From contig NC_068987.1 of NCBI RefSeq assembly GCF_001194135.2, forward strand, positions 66,491,408-66,525,853: a stretch of DNA of 34,446 bases. The letters are read 5' to 3'. Below the pieces are notes generated by a model. The model was not told where the DNA came from. It worked only from the letters and a program-made list of their open reading frames with translations, and did no database searches. This DNA is from Octopus bimaculoides. Taxonomy: Eukaryota. Position numbers and translations under genes: made by a program. Below, piece by piece: positions 34,325 through 34,446 of the stretch (position 1 is the stretch's first letter; each line of letters starts with the position of its first letter).

Positions 34325-34446
34325 CTAAAGTACATCAAATCCAGAATATATATATAAGTATACATGCAAAACGAGAGAAAGCTAAACGTGGACACTTTCA
34401 GATGAGGAATAACGAATGTATTAGTATGAATATATATATATATATA

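Overview
AT-rich, microsatellite-dense eukaryotic (animal) DNA from a gapped assembly with 10 N-runs, most of them abutting simple repeats. I recognise no intact protein-coding gene, rRNA, true tRNA or CRISPR array, and most of the supplied ORFs are simple-repeat or gap artefacts. The window is a transposon graveyard. It holds five remnants of restriction-like-endonuclease (RLE) non-LTR retrotransposons of R4/Dong type, four coding and one 3'-UTR only. It also holds an RTE-type LINE 3' end, five copies of one tRNA-derived SINE, a second V-domain-like SINE, three Tc1/mariner remnants (DD37D, DD41D, mariner N-terminus), a hAT MITE and two long foldback elements. The SINE families and microsatellite load look like those I recall from Octopus/coleoid cephalopods; this is inference, not verified. 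Most worth follow-up: (1) an RLE retrotransposon that appears to sit in (CATA)n rather than the (TAA)n used by its neighbours; (2) a 257-codon minus-strand frame at 20.4-21.2 kb interrupted only by TGA; (3) a nested inverted/direct-repeat knot at 10.7-11.2 kb; (4) two Tc1/mariner derivatives carrying duplicated 5' ends; (5) long hairpins that would be dsRNA substrates if transcribed. All identity counts are hand counts and family names come from motif recall, so they need database confirmation.
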